A stretch of 64,000 bases of DNA from Podarcis erhardii (taxonomy: Eukaryota): NCBI GenBank assembly GCA_964252035.1, contig OZ176202.1; one strand, given 5' to 3'. The notes below the pieces were generated by a model that was not told the DNA's origin, searched no databases, and was given only the letters and a program-made list of their open reading frames with translations. Every line of letters begins with the position of its first letter. Positions within the stretch are counted from its first letter, which is position 1. This document shows, piece after piece, positions 12,101 through 26,000 of the stretch. The translations under genes were made by a program, and so were the position numbers.

Positions 12101-12539
12101 AATAATGACAGCATAACCATTTATGGATGGAATTAAAAGAGCAAGAGGTGATGAAACAACAAAAATGAATTGAGGAATGTTAAGCCTGTAGTTAGGAAAA
12201 GTATATGGGTTTATCTTTAAAATCATGCAGACCCGGCTGTGTGGATTTATTTAGATATTTTAAAACATTATTTTAAGCTCTTCACTTAATGGTCTTAATA
12301 TGGTGGTGTTTCCAGAAGTGCATGGATATATTGTGGCTTTGTGGCATATTGCTGTAACTGCATCAGTAATTGAGTCTGTGGGAAAGAATATCAAGAAGGC
12401 CAAGACGCTGGTCATTGGAACATAGGTAGAGTTCTATCCCAGCATAGTTCAGACAGGATGCTGGACTGGATGAGATGACAGCCATCTAATACATTTTCAT
12501 TAACTCAAGGGCCACACTGGTTTACATTAACTACCCAGC

Positions 12540-12910
12540 AGCATCTCCTAGATGGTAGCCCTTCTAGGAGAAGGAAAACTGATCCTAAACCTCTGCTGCT
12601 TTGTGGGATATCTTCAGTAGAAGAAAAAAGCAAAGGTGTAAATCCTATACAAATCTGGAGTGGAGCCCCTGAGATGGTTGGATGGTGCATTGTACACCTC
12701 CTTCTACTGCAGCCAAGCTGGTGCCAAACATACTGCTCTGCTTTCCTTTGGGTCACATCAGTGGGGTCTTCTCGTCTGGGCATCCAGGGAGATCCATACT
12801 CACTGGCTAGGCTTGCATTCTGGGGCGGTCACTTTGATGCTGCTAACACAGCGGTTTGACTTCACCCCGGAGGTACAGTTCATTGTCTCTTGAGACAGAC
12901 GGATGCCAAC
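12540..12910. mobile_element. Interspersed repeat fragment, probably LINE-derived (RTE/Vingi type)
   Basis: ggagaaggaaaactg...ggtgccaaac...gacagacggatgccaac resembles a recalled common lizard repeat; family assignment uncertain. Confidence 0.35.
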
Positions 12911-13733
12911 ATTCTGATATGATGCTTTGAAGATAAATCTGATCATGTGCCCCAGAATTAGTAGATGCTTGCATTGATGGACACTAATGTGTATGTAGCA
13001 GATTTATGATTAGATTAATTAATTAATTAAATTGCTAGGCTGAGTCTTTTGCAGGATTCTACTAAAAGATGAGAAAACTCAAATGGTTTTATAAGGGACT
13101 GACTTATGTCTTAACATAGATGCATAATTAAGAATGTATGGTGCATAATGTAAGATGAATGTGTTTCCTACTCAAAGCAACAGCTTTGGTCACCTAGGGC
13201 AAATAGCTATTAGTTTTATTCCAGTGGGTTTTTCAATTCTGCATTTATACTTTTAAGTTATTTTTTGTCTTATTGTATCTCCTGTATACCACTTAGAGAT
13301 GACTGATTAAGCAGTATACAAATCATCGAAATAAAAAACAAAATAGTTTGTCCCATATGTAAAGACTTCCATTGTAAGTGGACCTATGTGATGCCATTAT
13401 ATTTTAAGATATACCTGAGTTTATATATTGCTGTAATTTGGATATGGGCAAATCACTGGGGTTGTTCATACACAAGTTAGTTTACGTACTTTAACTTTCA
13501 GCTCAAGTTTTCATTAAATAGTAGTGTTCTCTGCCTATTTTAATGTATTCTTAATCTGTACAGATAAGAAGCAATAAACTAAGTAAATCAAGGCAAGAAA
13601 CATGTAAGTGAACAATAGCTAAGTAGAATTTGGAACAAGGAATGTAGCTAATGAAAACTTGGAGAATAGGTGGGTTCAATTCTATAAGGAAAATGTTCCT
13701 TTTAAAACACTTTAGCATCCAGTAAATACAGCA

Positions 13734-13959
13734 CAGTGGTACCTTGAGTTAAGAACTTCATTCGTTCTAGAGGTCCATCCTTAACCTGAAACTGTTCTTA
13801 ACCTGAAGCACCACTTTAGCTAATGGGGCCTCCCGCTGCTGCTGCGCTGCCAGAGCACAATTTCTGTTCTCATCCAGAAGCAAAGTTCTTAACCCAAGGT
13901 ACTATTTCTGGGTTAGCGGAGTCTGTAACCTGAAGCGTATGTAACCCGAGGTACCACTG
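13734..13959 (+). mobile_element. pogo/Tigger-like MITE (family A)
   Basis: cagtggtacc...gaggtaccactg; close match to the 8576 copy. Confidence 0.85.
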
Positions 13960-14155
13960 TCCTTTCCCAAACCTTGGTCAAGGATGGCTTCCTTGAAGAA
14001 GTGGGAAATATTTTTCTTCCACAGTGGAGTGGATATTTTCCTCTTTCCTGGTAGGCAGTTTTATATATCACTCAATCTCTTAACTTGAGAAAACATAGGC
14101 TTGTACATAATGCCAAACAAATTATTTTCTTTTTATTGCTAGTTATGTAGAACCT

Positions 14156-14515
14156 GGGACGCGGGTGGCGCTGTGGGTAAAACCTCAGTGCCTAGGACTT
14201 GCCAATTGCATGGTCGGCGGTTTGAATCCCCGCGGTGGGGTGAGCTCCCATCGTTCGGTCCCAGCTCCTGCCCACCTAGCAGTTCGAAAGCACCCTTAAG
14301 TGCAAGTAGATAAATAGGTACCGCTTTATAGCGGGAAGGTAAACGGTGTTTCCGTGTGCTGCTCTGGTGCCGGTTTGCCAGAGCAGCTTCGTCACGCTGG
14401 CCACGTGACCCGGAAGTGTCTGCGGACAGCGCTGGCTCCCGGCCTCTAGAGTGAGATGAGCGCACAACCCTAGAGTCTGTCAAGACTGGCCCGTACGGGC
14501 AGGGGTACCTTTACC
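14156..14515 (+). mobile_element. Sauria SINE, second subfamily, with 12-bp TSD
   Basis: Perfect TSD tatgtagaacct at 14144-14155 and 14516-14527; subfamily variants gggtaaaacctcagtgcctagg. Confidence 0.92.
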
Positions 14516-15537
14516 TATGTAGAACCTAGTCGAGAACCTAGAGCACAACTTAGATAATGGTTCATGTTTATTGACAGCTGATGCAGTCATTTGTATTTAG
14601 GGCTGTTTCTAAAAAGGAACCCAAAGGATTTGTATTGCTTCTTTAAGCAGCATTTATTTTCATGAAGGTCACTCACCCAAACACATAATTACCAATAACA
14701 AGAAGTGCCTGCTCCTTTAGAGAAGAACCCCATCCAGCCACAGCAGGCGATTGGCCAGGCTTCTGCTCATGGGAGTGACCTACCCACAAAATCTCAAATC
14801 TTCCCAGGATATAATCTCAGTTGATTGGTTCTCGTTTACTCCACCACTGCATTCAAGAACTGCTTCAGTGCTTGCACTGCCTCTCCTGATTCAGATATTA
14901 TGGAGAAATAAAGAAATGTTAACTGTCAAGGTTGCACTAGTACTGTACATTTATATATTTTGTTAACAAAAAGGGCTGAAAGGTGTGTTGAACAGCTTTT
15001 TCAGATGAGAAGCTTCAGCATGAGTAATAGCTTTTTTTAAATGCATGCTTATTGAAGTAAGTGGTATGAAAAGGGCATATGAGCTGTCAGAGAAAAATAT
15101 CTGCAGGCCCATTGAAGATTTATAGAAAATTGCTAACATTACTTTCTTGCCTTAAGGGAGTTCTCAAATGTTTAGGCAATCATTTATAAACGTTATTGCC
15201 ATCAGTGCAATAAAGGGGGAATGAATCCAGTTACTTTTCTATATAAACATAGTTTGTTCTTAATGAGAGTAGAAAAAGTTTTGTTCAATAATTTGGGAAG
15301 CCTTAAATTAGTTCCAAACTTAGTAGAAATCAACCTTAAATATTTTAAAGAAAGCTTTTTGCAGTAGCACATTAGAAGAGTTCTCATTAGAGGCAAAATG
15401 TTTAAAGCGAATTAGACATCGAATGAGCATCTAAATTTTGACTTTGAATTTGGTAAACTACATTCTGTCACTTCCTGGCTATTTCTAAAGTGACTATTAT
15501 TATTTCTTAAATGCCAGTGAAAAATAATCATAACTTT

Positions 15538-15889
15538 AAAGGTAAAGGGACCCCTGACCGTTAGGTCCAGTCATGGACGACTCTGGGGGTGCGGTGCTCA
15601 TTTCGCTTTACAGTACTGGCCGAGGGAGCTGGCGTACAACTTCCGGGTCATGTGGCCAGCATGACTAAGCTGCTTCTGGCAAACCAGAGCTGTGCACTGA
15701 AACGCCATTTACCTTCTCACCGGAGCAGTACCTATTTATCTACTTGCACTTTGTGCTTTCGAACTGCTAGGTTGGCAGGAGCTGGGACTGAGCAACGGGA
15801 GCTCACTCCGTCGCTGGGATTCAAACCACCAGCCTTCTGATTGGCAAGCCCTAGGCTCTGTGGTTTAGACCACAGCGCCACCCGTGTCC
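15538..15889 (-). mobile_element. Sauria SINE with TSD
   Basis: Reverse-complement SINE; TSD taatc(a/g)taacttta at 15525-15538 and 15894-15907. Confidence 0.9.
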
Positions 15890-18800
15890 TTACTAATCGT
15901 AACTTTAGAGAATACTTAATTTGTACTTGGATATGAGAACTTTCAGTACTGGAATGAAGCTTAATCCAGGCAAGGCAAAGGTACTAATGATCAGTAGAAA
16001 TGCTGCCTTGGCATTGGAAGTAAAACTTGTTCTGGACAGGGTTGTGTCCCAGTGGAGTTTAGACTGGTCTCTTTTGTTTTTTAGGTGTGAGGCTAAGACA
16101 TGTTCATTTCACCAAACTTTTAGTCTTAATACCTATGGAGTTTTTTGCTTTCTTTTGTTTTAATGGTCTTAGGCTCTTAATGCTCTCCATTTTAAAATAT
16201 ATTGAGATTTTACTGTTAGTAAAAGAGAGTAGGGAACAGTATAATCATAAGTGGCTTACAGTTACTGAAGCATACCATTTTATGTTACTCAGCCCAGCAC
16301 TCAAATTGGTTGAAAATCACTGCGATTTCAGCTCAAATTTAGCACCATTTCACCAAGTGAAACCAGCCATTTTATTTGTAGCTCTTTGTAGCACTCCTCC
16401 CCCTCCCTCTTTCTCTCGCTGAATATTTAGTGTTAGGTTAGTCTGGAAAATTTTACACAAGTTTTTTTTTTTAATGGCCAGTTTTACTGTTTTGCTTCCA
16501 CAACAGACTTCTGCTTGCACATTAGAATTTCCCCCTCTCCTCTCCCCAAAGCTTCCCATGTACCATCCACAAGGTTGAGGAACTCTCTGGATAAGTTTTT
16601 GGGGCCATGCAGGGAAAGGAGAGGAAGGGTAAATCCAATTGCATGAGCAGAAAGCCACTCGTGCTGTATTGGATACAACCCTTGAGTTCCACACACATTT
16701 TTGGGGCTGCCACTGCTGAATAACGCACAGTCGCTCAACCTGCTCTGTACTGTTGTTGATACCAAAGCTAATAAAAGAAAGGTTCTGATAGCCTTAACTT
16801 TACTAGAGTTAAAACATTGTAAAATTGATTTTCTACAGAGGTTTGGGATATAGACTGCCCTATGTGATAGAAGGCCCGGTGGATTACATTCAAGTTGTCT
16901 AAAGGTTCATTTGAAATAATCTGGACATTATCTGGTCTTAAGTATAATATTTTTACACCTTGAATCTTACTTTTTCACTGTGAAGGCTGTATTGGATCAA
17001 TGAACTCTTGCGAGCAGCTTTAAATATCTCCTGTGGTGCTGGCAGCAAGGACATGTTGAACTTAGAAGAGCAATTATCATAGGGAGCAGTATGTGGCTTG
17101 ACTACATTATGTTGTTCTACTGACGATTGGTATTTTTCGATTCTCTGGAAGAATTGTAATGGCAAGTTCTATAATGCTTTTGTTCTCCAGCTGCCATGAT
17201 CAGTTCCATATTGTGTGATAATCATATCCTAGTAAATTAATCCTTGGAGTTGTATAAACCCAGCCAAGTATATACAACTATATTAATTGGCAATATTATT
17301 ATTCTAGGTTTATTAAGGTTCAAACTAAGCAGGGCTCCCTGCCCCCGTTTAATTAACATGGTATTATAGTAGGACTTTTTCTTGTTGCAGTAAAATATAA
17401 TAATACTGTGTGGCATGACATTTTTTAAAAAAAAAATACTAAATTCGTAAGCATACCATTTAACAGATTTGCTTTAGACTTTTCATCAAAATAGGTTTTG
17501 CACCCTTCCTCCTCTCAACTTGGTTCATTGAATGGGTGCAATGGTTGAGCTGTTCAAGCTCCAAATCGATAATTTCATTTACTTAATATAATTTCTTAAT
17601 TGTCATATTGATGCTTTAGTTGAAGGAGCACTGTGTTTGAGGTGGTTTGAATATTTTCTCTATGATCTTAGATATGTAATGTCCATTCACACATGTAACA
17701 ACATAGTGCTTGTGATAAATAAAGCCACTTGTCTGTAAGAATATGAAAATTGTCCCAAGCTTCTTTTCAGTATTTTTATCCATTTCCTGTAATCTGACTG
17801 GAATGCACTGTAATATCATCGTTTAAAATCTTCCTTGGAGGCCCTGTTTCACATGCCCTTTCTCACTGAAGTATGGTTGGTGGTGATATGGTAATGCCGC
17901 CTTAAGAGTGCTGCCAAATTTATCAAACCCTTCCCTGTCACTTACGGCAGTTACCCAAGGTGGTGGCATTCGTTTGCTCTTCAAAGTACTATGACTGGCT
18001 TAATTTTGCTCCTGCTGTTGATGTTTCAGATGTCTGGAGGTGTTGCTGCCAGTTTTAATTATACTGCCTGGACTGTTGCTTTTAATGTATTATTTTAGCA
18101 ATTGTTGGGTGCCTTGTAGATTTTTAAATAAAAAGGCAGCACATAAGCATTCTAATAATAGCAGTTGCTTCATCTACGGCCACCCCATGCTTCCTAAAGG
18201 GTTTTGCTTTACCAATGCAGTGTTCAGGCTTTCAGTTTAATATAATGTAGATATGGATTATGGTAAATATTAGTTCTCAAAAATACATAATTTACTCTGG
18301 CCTTTGCAGGAAGTTGTATATCTGTTTTTGACTTCTTGAAACTGATCTCCACTGATTGGTTTAATTGAATTTACTCTGATTCTAACTTTATTATTTTTTT
18401 AAAAGATGGATTTTTAAATTTTGTTGTAAGTTTTATTGGTTTTATATTGTATACCACCATGTGACATTTGGATGAAGGACACTTTAGAAATAAAGTAATT
18501 ATAATTAATAATAATATGCTGAAGATGAAGCAAAACTGTCATCATCCACCCCCGCCCTGGAATTTTTTAAACTGCAGTTGTATTTGCGGTGTTTGAACTA
18601 CGGTGGCTATGGTGAAGTATCTCTTAATGTTGCAGTCAGCACAAAATGGCAGTGCATATGTGAATCCATACTAGTTACCTGTTCAATAGGATAGCAGTTG
18701 ACACATGCAACTTAACAGGGTGGTTTCGTTTGCCTTGTACTATATACTTCAGGGCAAGATAGGCAAAGCAATCCCCACCATGTGCTGTCGGACTACAATT

Positions 18801-19534
18801 CCCATCTGCCCCAGCCAGTATGACTCATAGTTAGGGATGATAGTAGTTCAACAACATCTGGAGAGCAACACATTAGCCAATCCTTTTGTTCTGCCCTGGC
18901 TGTGTTGGCGCTTAACCATGTGGTTTCCACAATATAGCATTGTACAAGATAAAACTTACTTATTTAGAGCATTAATCCTCCCCCACTCAAATCCCTAGAT
19001 GAATAATAATATGTAAATGAATCTAATATTTTGAAATAGAAACTTAATATAGTTTATAGTAAAATATATTGCTAAGCTATTCAGTTCAAGTTCACATGGT
19101 GAACCTTCTTTATATAAAAAGGTCCTGCATAATTCACACAAGGTGCTTTAGCTCTAGACCTCTGGGGAAAGGATATGTTAATTCATTAGGAAACACTGTG
19201 AAATGTATTATTTTATGAATTTACACCTCACCTTTCATTGTAAAATCATTTCCTGGGCAGGTTACAAAAACCACACTATAAAAACAATAAAATCAACAGA
19301 TAATTTTAACATTATAATAAATAAAGAGAATAATAAAAGGATTAAAACAATTCCATCCAGCTGGAAAGATTTTTAAAATTAAATGGCTGGGGAAATAAAC
19401 CAAAGCGTCTTTTCCTTGTGCCACAATAAGTAGAATGTTCAATAATAACCATCATTTGTGGTGTTCATCCTGCCTGAGATAACGCATCAGTATGATTTTT
19501 CTGTAGATTAATGTGTTATTTATTATTATTACTT

Positions 19535-19680
19535 TTATATCCCAGTCCTCCTCCAAGTAATTCAGAGCAGTGTTTGTGGTTTCTGTCCCCACATTTTATC
19601 TTCACTACAACTTTTTAGCAAAGGCTAGGCTGAGGAATGATAACTATCCCAGGGATAGCTGGTGAGCTTAATGGCAGAGC
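19535..19680 (-). mobile_element. L2-tail-related SINE or L2 3' fragment
   Basis: cccacattttatcttcactacaac...aggctaggctgagg...ggtgagcttaatggcagag motif shared with 28245 and 49670. Confidence 0.55.
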
Positions 19681-20181
19681 TGAGTGGGGATTTTAGTCTT
19701 TGTCCTTTTTGTCCTAGTTTGACAGTTTTATCTTTACTTCTTTGTTGTATGTGTACAAGTGTAACACGTGACAATAGTTGTTTAGTGGTGAAGTGTGTGA
19801 GCTGTGGGCCAGGAGGTCCCCAGTTCAAGTTATGTTTAAGCTGTGAATGTGCTAGGTAGCTTTAGGCAAAAACTCTTCTCAACTCTCCATCTGCATTAGG
19901 AGGAGAATAATAGGAAGGCTGTTATAAGGTTTGTTGCAATAATGTATGTGTAGTATTTTGATTACTTGGAAATGTGCCATTATAACACTAGCTCAAACAC
20001 TGCAACGAAACATTATATTTTGTCATACTTTTTGCCAAACCACCTCCTGTACATGCTAGTGACACTAATTTTAAAAATAAGAGGTTCAAATGAAATGTGA
20101 GACTGGATGAGGTCAGTTATTCATTATATTTTGGTTTCTATAAGAATCTTAATTATCTTTTCCTTTTCTTACAAAATAAAG

Positions 20182-20266
20182 CTTCCAAAGAAAGAGGATC
20201 AACAACTGGAACTTAAAGCAAGTCCTAAGAAAGTTCCAGAATCCACTGTCGATCTCTTGGGACTTG
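20182..20266 (+). CDS. SMAP1: SMAP1 exon 7, LPKKEDQQLELKASPKKVPESTVDLLGL+G
   Basis: aag acceptor, gtaagt donor; 85 nt; forms the clathrin-box LLGLD with exon 8. Confidence 0.94.
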
Positions 20267-20691
20267 GTAAGTAGTTAATTCTTTGTTTTGCATTGCAGAA
20301 AAATGGCAAGACCTATGCTGCAATAATTAAAGGGGTTTCACCCCCACATGCTGGAAAACATTGTTGGTTAATCTGTAAATGGTGTTGTAGTCTGCTAATA
20401 TACTTAGAGAGAAAAACTGAAGCAGATCTGTGCAGTCTACTAAACTATAAGTAATGAGCTCCTTAGAGAGTGAGAAGCTATCAAAGTGATCTTCAAAGGA
20501 CTGTGAGCTCAAGCTTTTTTAAAAAAAATGTTGTTTAAAAATAGTCTTGTTTTATTGAAGTACAAACCTTTCTAATATCCAAGTGAACCTTGTACAGGTT
20601 CTGTTGTATGTCCCCATCCTAAATATCCATGCAACTAATTTTGCCTGCCCTTTGTAATTAGATTTCTTAAATGGCAGCTCCCTCCCAATTA

Positions 20692-20916
20692 CGGTGGTAC
20701 CTCGGGTTACAGATGTTTCAGGTTGCAGACACTTCAGGTTACAGACTCCGCTAACCCAGAAATAGTACCTCTGGTTAAGAACTTTGCTTCAGGATGAGAA
20801 CAGTGCAGCAGCAGTGGGAGGCCCCATTAGCTAAAGTGGTATCTCAGGTTAAAAACATTTTCAGGTTAAGAACAGACCTCTGGAACGAATTAAGTTCTTA
20901 ACCCGAGGTACCACTG
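20692..20916 (-). mobile_element. pogo/Tigger-like MITE (family A), opposite orientation
   Basis: TA-cggtggtacctcggg ... cgaggtaccactg-TA. Confidence 0.85.
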
Positions 20917-21796
20917 TATTTTTGAAATTATTGAATTTAGGTAGCTAGTTGTGAAGTGAGATGGCATGTGCTTTTCAGAAAATAATAAAAACAGAATCCC
21001 TTGGCAAAATCATGCTTCTAGGAACTTGTGCAAGGTGACAGTTTTCTTCTTATGGAATGTCCAGAGTTTCTCCTATCTTACCATATTCAAAACATTTTAT
21101 AATTAATTCCTTCATGGTAAACTGCTCAAAGTCCCAGGCTTTGAGCCAGCAAAGTCCCAGGCTTTATTGAGCCAGCACATTGATGGAAATCATACCATTC
21201 CCAAGCCAGCTCTTCAGTGTGGAGCCTAATCAGAAACAATTCTGCCCGAGTACTTACTTAATCCAAACCTGTTTACATATTCTTCCTTCACTTTTATTTT
21301 GTTTGAATGGTACTCCAGTGCTGCTGTTTATTCAGTCATTTCTGTGCATTTACTGTTGAATGAGGGATTATCCCCTTCTTTCACTACATTTGGGCTTTAC
21401 TTAAATTTTTACCTTGGAAAAGCAACTGTTTACATGTCAAATGCTTGCTTTTGTTCAAACTAGTCTAGCATTCATGGGATATTATTTTTTAGAGTAGATC
21501 AGACCAAGTTTAACCAATCTGAATAACTTCTGTTAGCTTGCCATATCTTAATTGTGTAACTAATGCCTCTTCTAGTGTAGGAGCTTAGAGTCTTGAGTCC
21601 TGTGATAGACTGAAGTATGAAGTATCACCGGAGAAAGCAAGTGACAATAAATGTGGCTAAGATTGCATATTTTTATTGAGCCAGCACATTGATGGAAATG
21701 TACAAAACAAGTTTCAAACCTTTCTGGCTGGGCTGCACCAAGAGGATAGGTTAGCCTGTTTCATTTCAACAAGTCTGATGCATTTTAAGTACAGTA

Positions 21797-22018
21797 CAGT
21801 CTTACCTTGATTGTCGAACGGAATCCGTTCCGGAAGTCCGTTCGACTTCCGAAAATTTTAGAAAACCAAGCTTCTGATTGGCTGCAGGAGCTTCCTGCAC
21901 TTAATCAAAAGCCGCAGAACCCGCGTCAAACGTTCAGCTTCCAAAGAACATTCGCAAACTGGAACACTCACTTCTGGGGGGTGTGGCATTCAGGAGCCAA
22001 AACAAACGAGTACAACTG
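21797..22018. mobile_element. pogo/Tigger-like MITE (family C), degenerate
   Basis: TA-cagtcttacc ... gagtacaactg-TA; retains CpGs (gaatccgttccggaagtccgttcgac). Confidence 0.55.
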
Positions 22019-23030
22019 TAGTTTGACTCAAGAATCCTGTTCCTCTAAAACACTTGCTATAAATAAACTTTCAGTTGAACTAATAATATAACATGATTGA
22101 ATGGCTTCTGCAAACATACAAAGAAATCTTAATAAGTTTATATAATATAGCAGTTTTGGCGGAGAAGTTAGTATCTTAGAAATGTGGCTCTTCTGTCCAA
22201 ATCCAGTAGATCCAACAGCTTAGGCCCCATCTTTACTACACAATGAAAGCACTATCATACCACTTTAAACAGTCAAGCTTCCATCCAAGGAATCCTAAGA
22301 ACTGGTGTTTGTTAAGGGGGCTGATTCCCCTCCCAGAGCTTCAGTTTGCAGTTGAGGATTGATCATGGCAGTTATGGAATTTAAACAGCTCCTAATCCCG
22401 TAGCAGTTCAGGGAAGCAGTCCTCACTTGTTGGTTAGGCTTTTCTGCCGTATTCTGAAGAGCAGCAACTTATTCCCCTTGTGCCTGTGCACAGCAAGGGC
22501 ATCGCTTACCTGTTACTGGGACTCTTTGCCATCCTTGCCTGTCTGCATTTCCTCTTCTGCTATAGATCATTACGAGAAATGCATTCATGCATTACAAATA
22601 TAAAGGTACTCTAGAAGCTGCTGCATTGTTAGAATTTTGGCCTTGTTGCATCAGTATATAAATATCACCCCAGTGGCCGAAGAACCCAGGGGAGTTCTGC
22701 TTTATTGCACGGGTGTGAATAGATGGACCATAAACCCCAGGTACAGGTAAATCACATTCTCTTGAGTACTAACGGTCTTACATTCTAAGAGGGTAGTTAT
22801 AAATATATAATGTTTATTAATGTGTTTCATAGTTAGGTGCTTTGCCAGAATGATTGTGGTGGTCTCTCTGTGCAGAACTACACACCTTGCCAACTGCTAA
22901 GTTATGCACCGCAGTGAATGGTGCATTTTGGTTCTTTTCCAACTCAGCATCCTTTTTAAAATATAACTACAGACAAATAATTGTTATTTCATTATGAGTA
23001 TATAAAAATAAGTGAAATGATAGATCTGTA

Positions 23031-23075
23031 GTGGTGACCCTCGGGGTCCCTTTCAACTCTACAATTCTATGATTC
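23031..23075 (+). mobile_element. CR1 3' tail remnant
   Basis: gaccctcggggtccctttcaactctacaattctatgattc. Confidence 0.65.
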
Positions 23076-26000
23076 AAAGAATAGCAGACCTGGGTTTTCC
23101 AATTTGCAGATAACTCCCTTTCTTTTACTTTCTAAAAATGGCACACCTTATATTGTGAGATGTTTTGCAACGCTGCAGAATGTTTAAGTATTAGCTTTTC
23201 CATCATGTTGAAAGGTTGAATTTGCAAAAGAAGCAAAACTCGTTTGCCATTTGATGCATCATTTACCAGTTAGATGTACTACACAAAAAACAAGAGATGA
23301 GTATGGATGGTTGCACATGTTGAAGTAACCATCACAGTGTATTAGCATTAAAATGGATAGTCCCAACCTTTCTGTGGGGGCATAAGTAAATTACTATGCT
23401 CTTTCACTTCAAATTTATCATAAGAATGATGGAAGATAAGAAAGATGCTTATTGAAAACAAGTGAAATATGTAACCTTATTAACCTTCAATTACAAGAAG
23501 AGCAGAAAGCAGTTCAATAGATATTAGAATATGACTGCTAATCAAATAAGCTAGCCAGCCATTTCAGAGGATGCCTATCATGCTTAGTGTCATTTACCCA
23601 CCTCAGAAACAATACCTTGCCTGGAAGCCTTCTGGATAAGCAATATATCCCTTGAGATTTTTTTGGTTCAGCTTATTCTCCTCTGCAATTCTGGGAATGC
23701 AGCATTAATAATAAAGAAGTTCTCTGGGCAGTTTACATAGACAGTAAAATACAGAAGACAATTTACAATAAAACCCTTTAAAACTGAATAATAAATCGCA
23801 AAGCCCAGGTTTGTTGTTGTTTTTTAAAAAAACAGACAGCTAAAATCAGCATAAAACACAGCAGCTAGAGCTGTATGTAGCAAGGGAGAGTTTGGTGCAA
23901 AAACCGAAGCAGCTGCTAGGTTATCTCCAATACCCTGTACTCATAAGGTATAAGTAGGTTCAGGTATCTGTAGATGTGTCGTCCCTGACTTTGTCTCTTG
24001 AAACCTTTTTAGGTTTTTCCCCCTCAAACATCTGCCATTACTCATATTGTAGTGAACTGCAAGGTAAAGCCTAGATTACTTTCTCCCTGTAGTAAAATAA
24101 AGTGAGGAACAAGTAGTAGATTGTGTATGTCTGTGTGTGTGCCCAAGACACACTTACCGGATTGAGATTTTGACTTCGTATGTAACTTCTGAACGGGCTT
24201 CTTGTCAGGTGTACATTTTATAAATTTATAGATTTGCAGCTGTTCAGCAAAAACATGTTTCCTGAATGGCTTACAGAAATTAAAATGGAAAGGGGAAAAA
24301 AACCCTTCTACCCCTGTTTACTCATACTCATAGTTGCCCGAACTTGTTTTGAAAACCAGGTTTTGGTTTAGCTTTAATTTTGCCATCTTTAAGTTATTTT
24401 CCTAGCTAGAACTAGAAAAGTTTAGGAGTAAGATGAATAGGTATGCTTCTGTATTGTAATGACTATATAAAAATTCATTGCATGATCTTACTATCTTATC
24501 TCTTTATCCTTAGCTTTGGCAACTCCAAAATATATAGCATTTTGAGAAATAAATTTGTTTTCATTAAGGATCACCAGTTAGAAATGGATGGTCAAAATGA
24601 TGATGATGATGATGATTCTGCTCCAGAACATAAGAAATGGGAAACCAAAAATATATTCAAAGATTATTCTGGAGCTGGCTAGATGCTTGATTTCTACCTT
24701 GAGTATCCCTTCGCTAAATATGATTAGCAGCACCTGTGGTCACTTCTTATGCCACTATTCACAGAATGTGACAAAAGGAAGCTGTCAGATCTTGTGCCAA
24801 CCCAAAAGCTTTATTATCCTCAGAGGAAGCATTGGGAAGGTAGCTTGTTAGTACTTGATAAAGAATTGCTGTTATTGTGGAGGCTATGCTTGAAATATAA
24901 AAAAATACCAGTGTTTAGGAAATTGTTGTGGTTTGTACAGCTGTGATACATTTACCTCCTCCCCTCAAATTCCATGTTATCAGTAGGTGTTAATCTTTAT
25001 GGGTTAATAAGTATATAAATTGTGGCACATTTACAGTTGCTATGGGAACCAGAACTGATTGCCTGACTTCAGTGTAGAATCCCTAGTGTACAGTTGCAAT
25101 AGTGCTTTTGCATTTACTTTCATAACAAGAGAAGAACGAAGTGAGCAAAAATACCCCAGTGACTGCTGAAATGTGCTGTTCATTTGCCACTGAAGGGCTT
25201 GTTCATTGAGAACGAAAATATATTATAAAGGCTCTACTCTATATATGTTGAAATACTTGACTCAAATCATGTGGAGATACAAAATAGGATGTGTATAGTA
25301 TCCTTCTAGGCCACCTATCTAGAAACTGTAGACTTTGTCCTCTATTCTCCATTGTAGACTAGGCATATGTTAAGCAGTATGTACTTGTGGTTCTTTGGGC
25401 ACCCTGGATACTATTTTTGGACTTCAGAATAATGGTGTTAATAAAGAGCTGTAATATGTCATATTGCAGCTACACAAATGTAAAAATTAAGTGCACACAC
25501 AATGGAAGATACTTTTATCGATTCAGGTGGAGGGCAGGGAAGCCTTTATGGCAGGTCATAAACCTGAGTTAATCAAGAAAAATAGTTTCAGAATGTATCA
25601 GACAGTGCTGGTCTGATTTGAAGGAAGATGTTGATAATGTGAAGAAGTTTAAACTTTGTAGTTCTTTTCCCTTTTCAATAAGTATAGCCTTTCCTTTGAA
25701 GATACTGGGAATAATGTTGCAAGGAAGAAAGAGATCTTTCTTCCATTGTCGTTAATAAGAGGGAGGCGTGCAAGGAGGTTCTTTGGCTGTAAGAATAGCT
25801 AAGCAGTTGAACAATGGCTGAGAGAGACTGCAGGGTCTTTTATCGGTTGCAGCAATGTATTTGTTGGCTTGATTTATAAGCTATGAATCCTGACTCAAGA
25901 ACTTACAACCTATGTATTTAGTAGTGATCTTTTCCAGACTTAAAATTTATATAGCCAATTATTGCAGTGCTTACGTCCAAAGGGTTTTGTTACTTATGAG

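Noticed and set aside
5203-15840. Similar short ORFs (VQLPGHVASMTKLL..., VALWSK...)
   Set aside because: They are translations of Sauria SINE copies, not a gene family.
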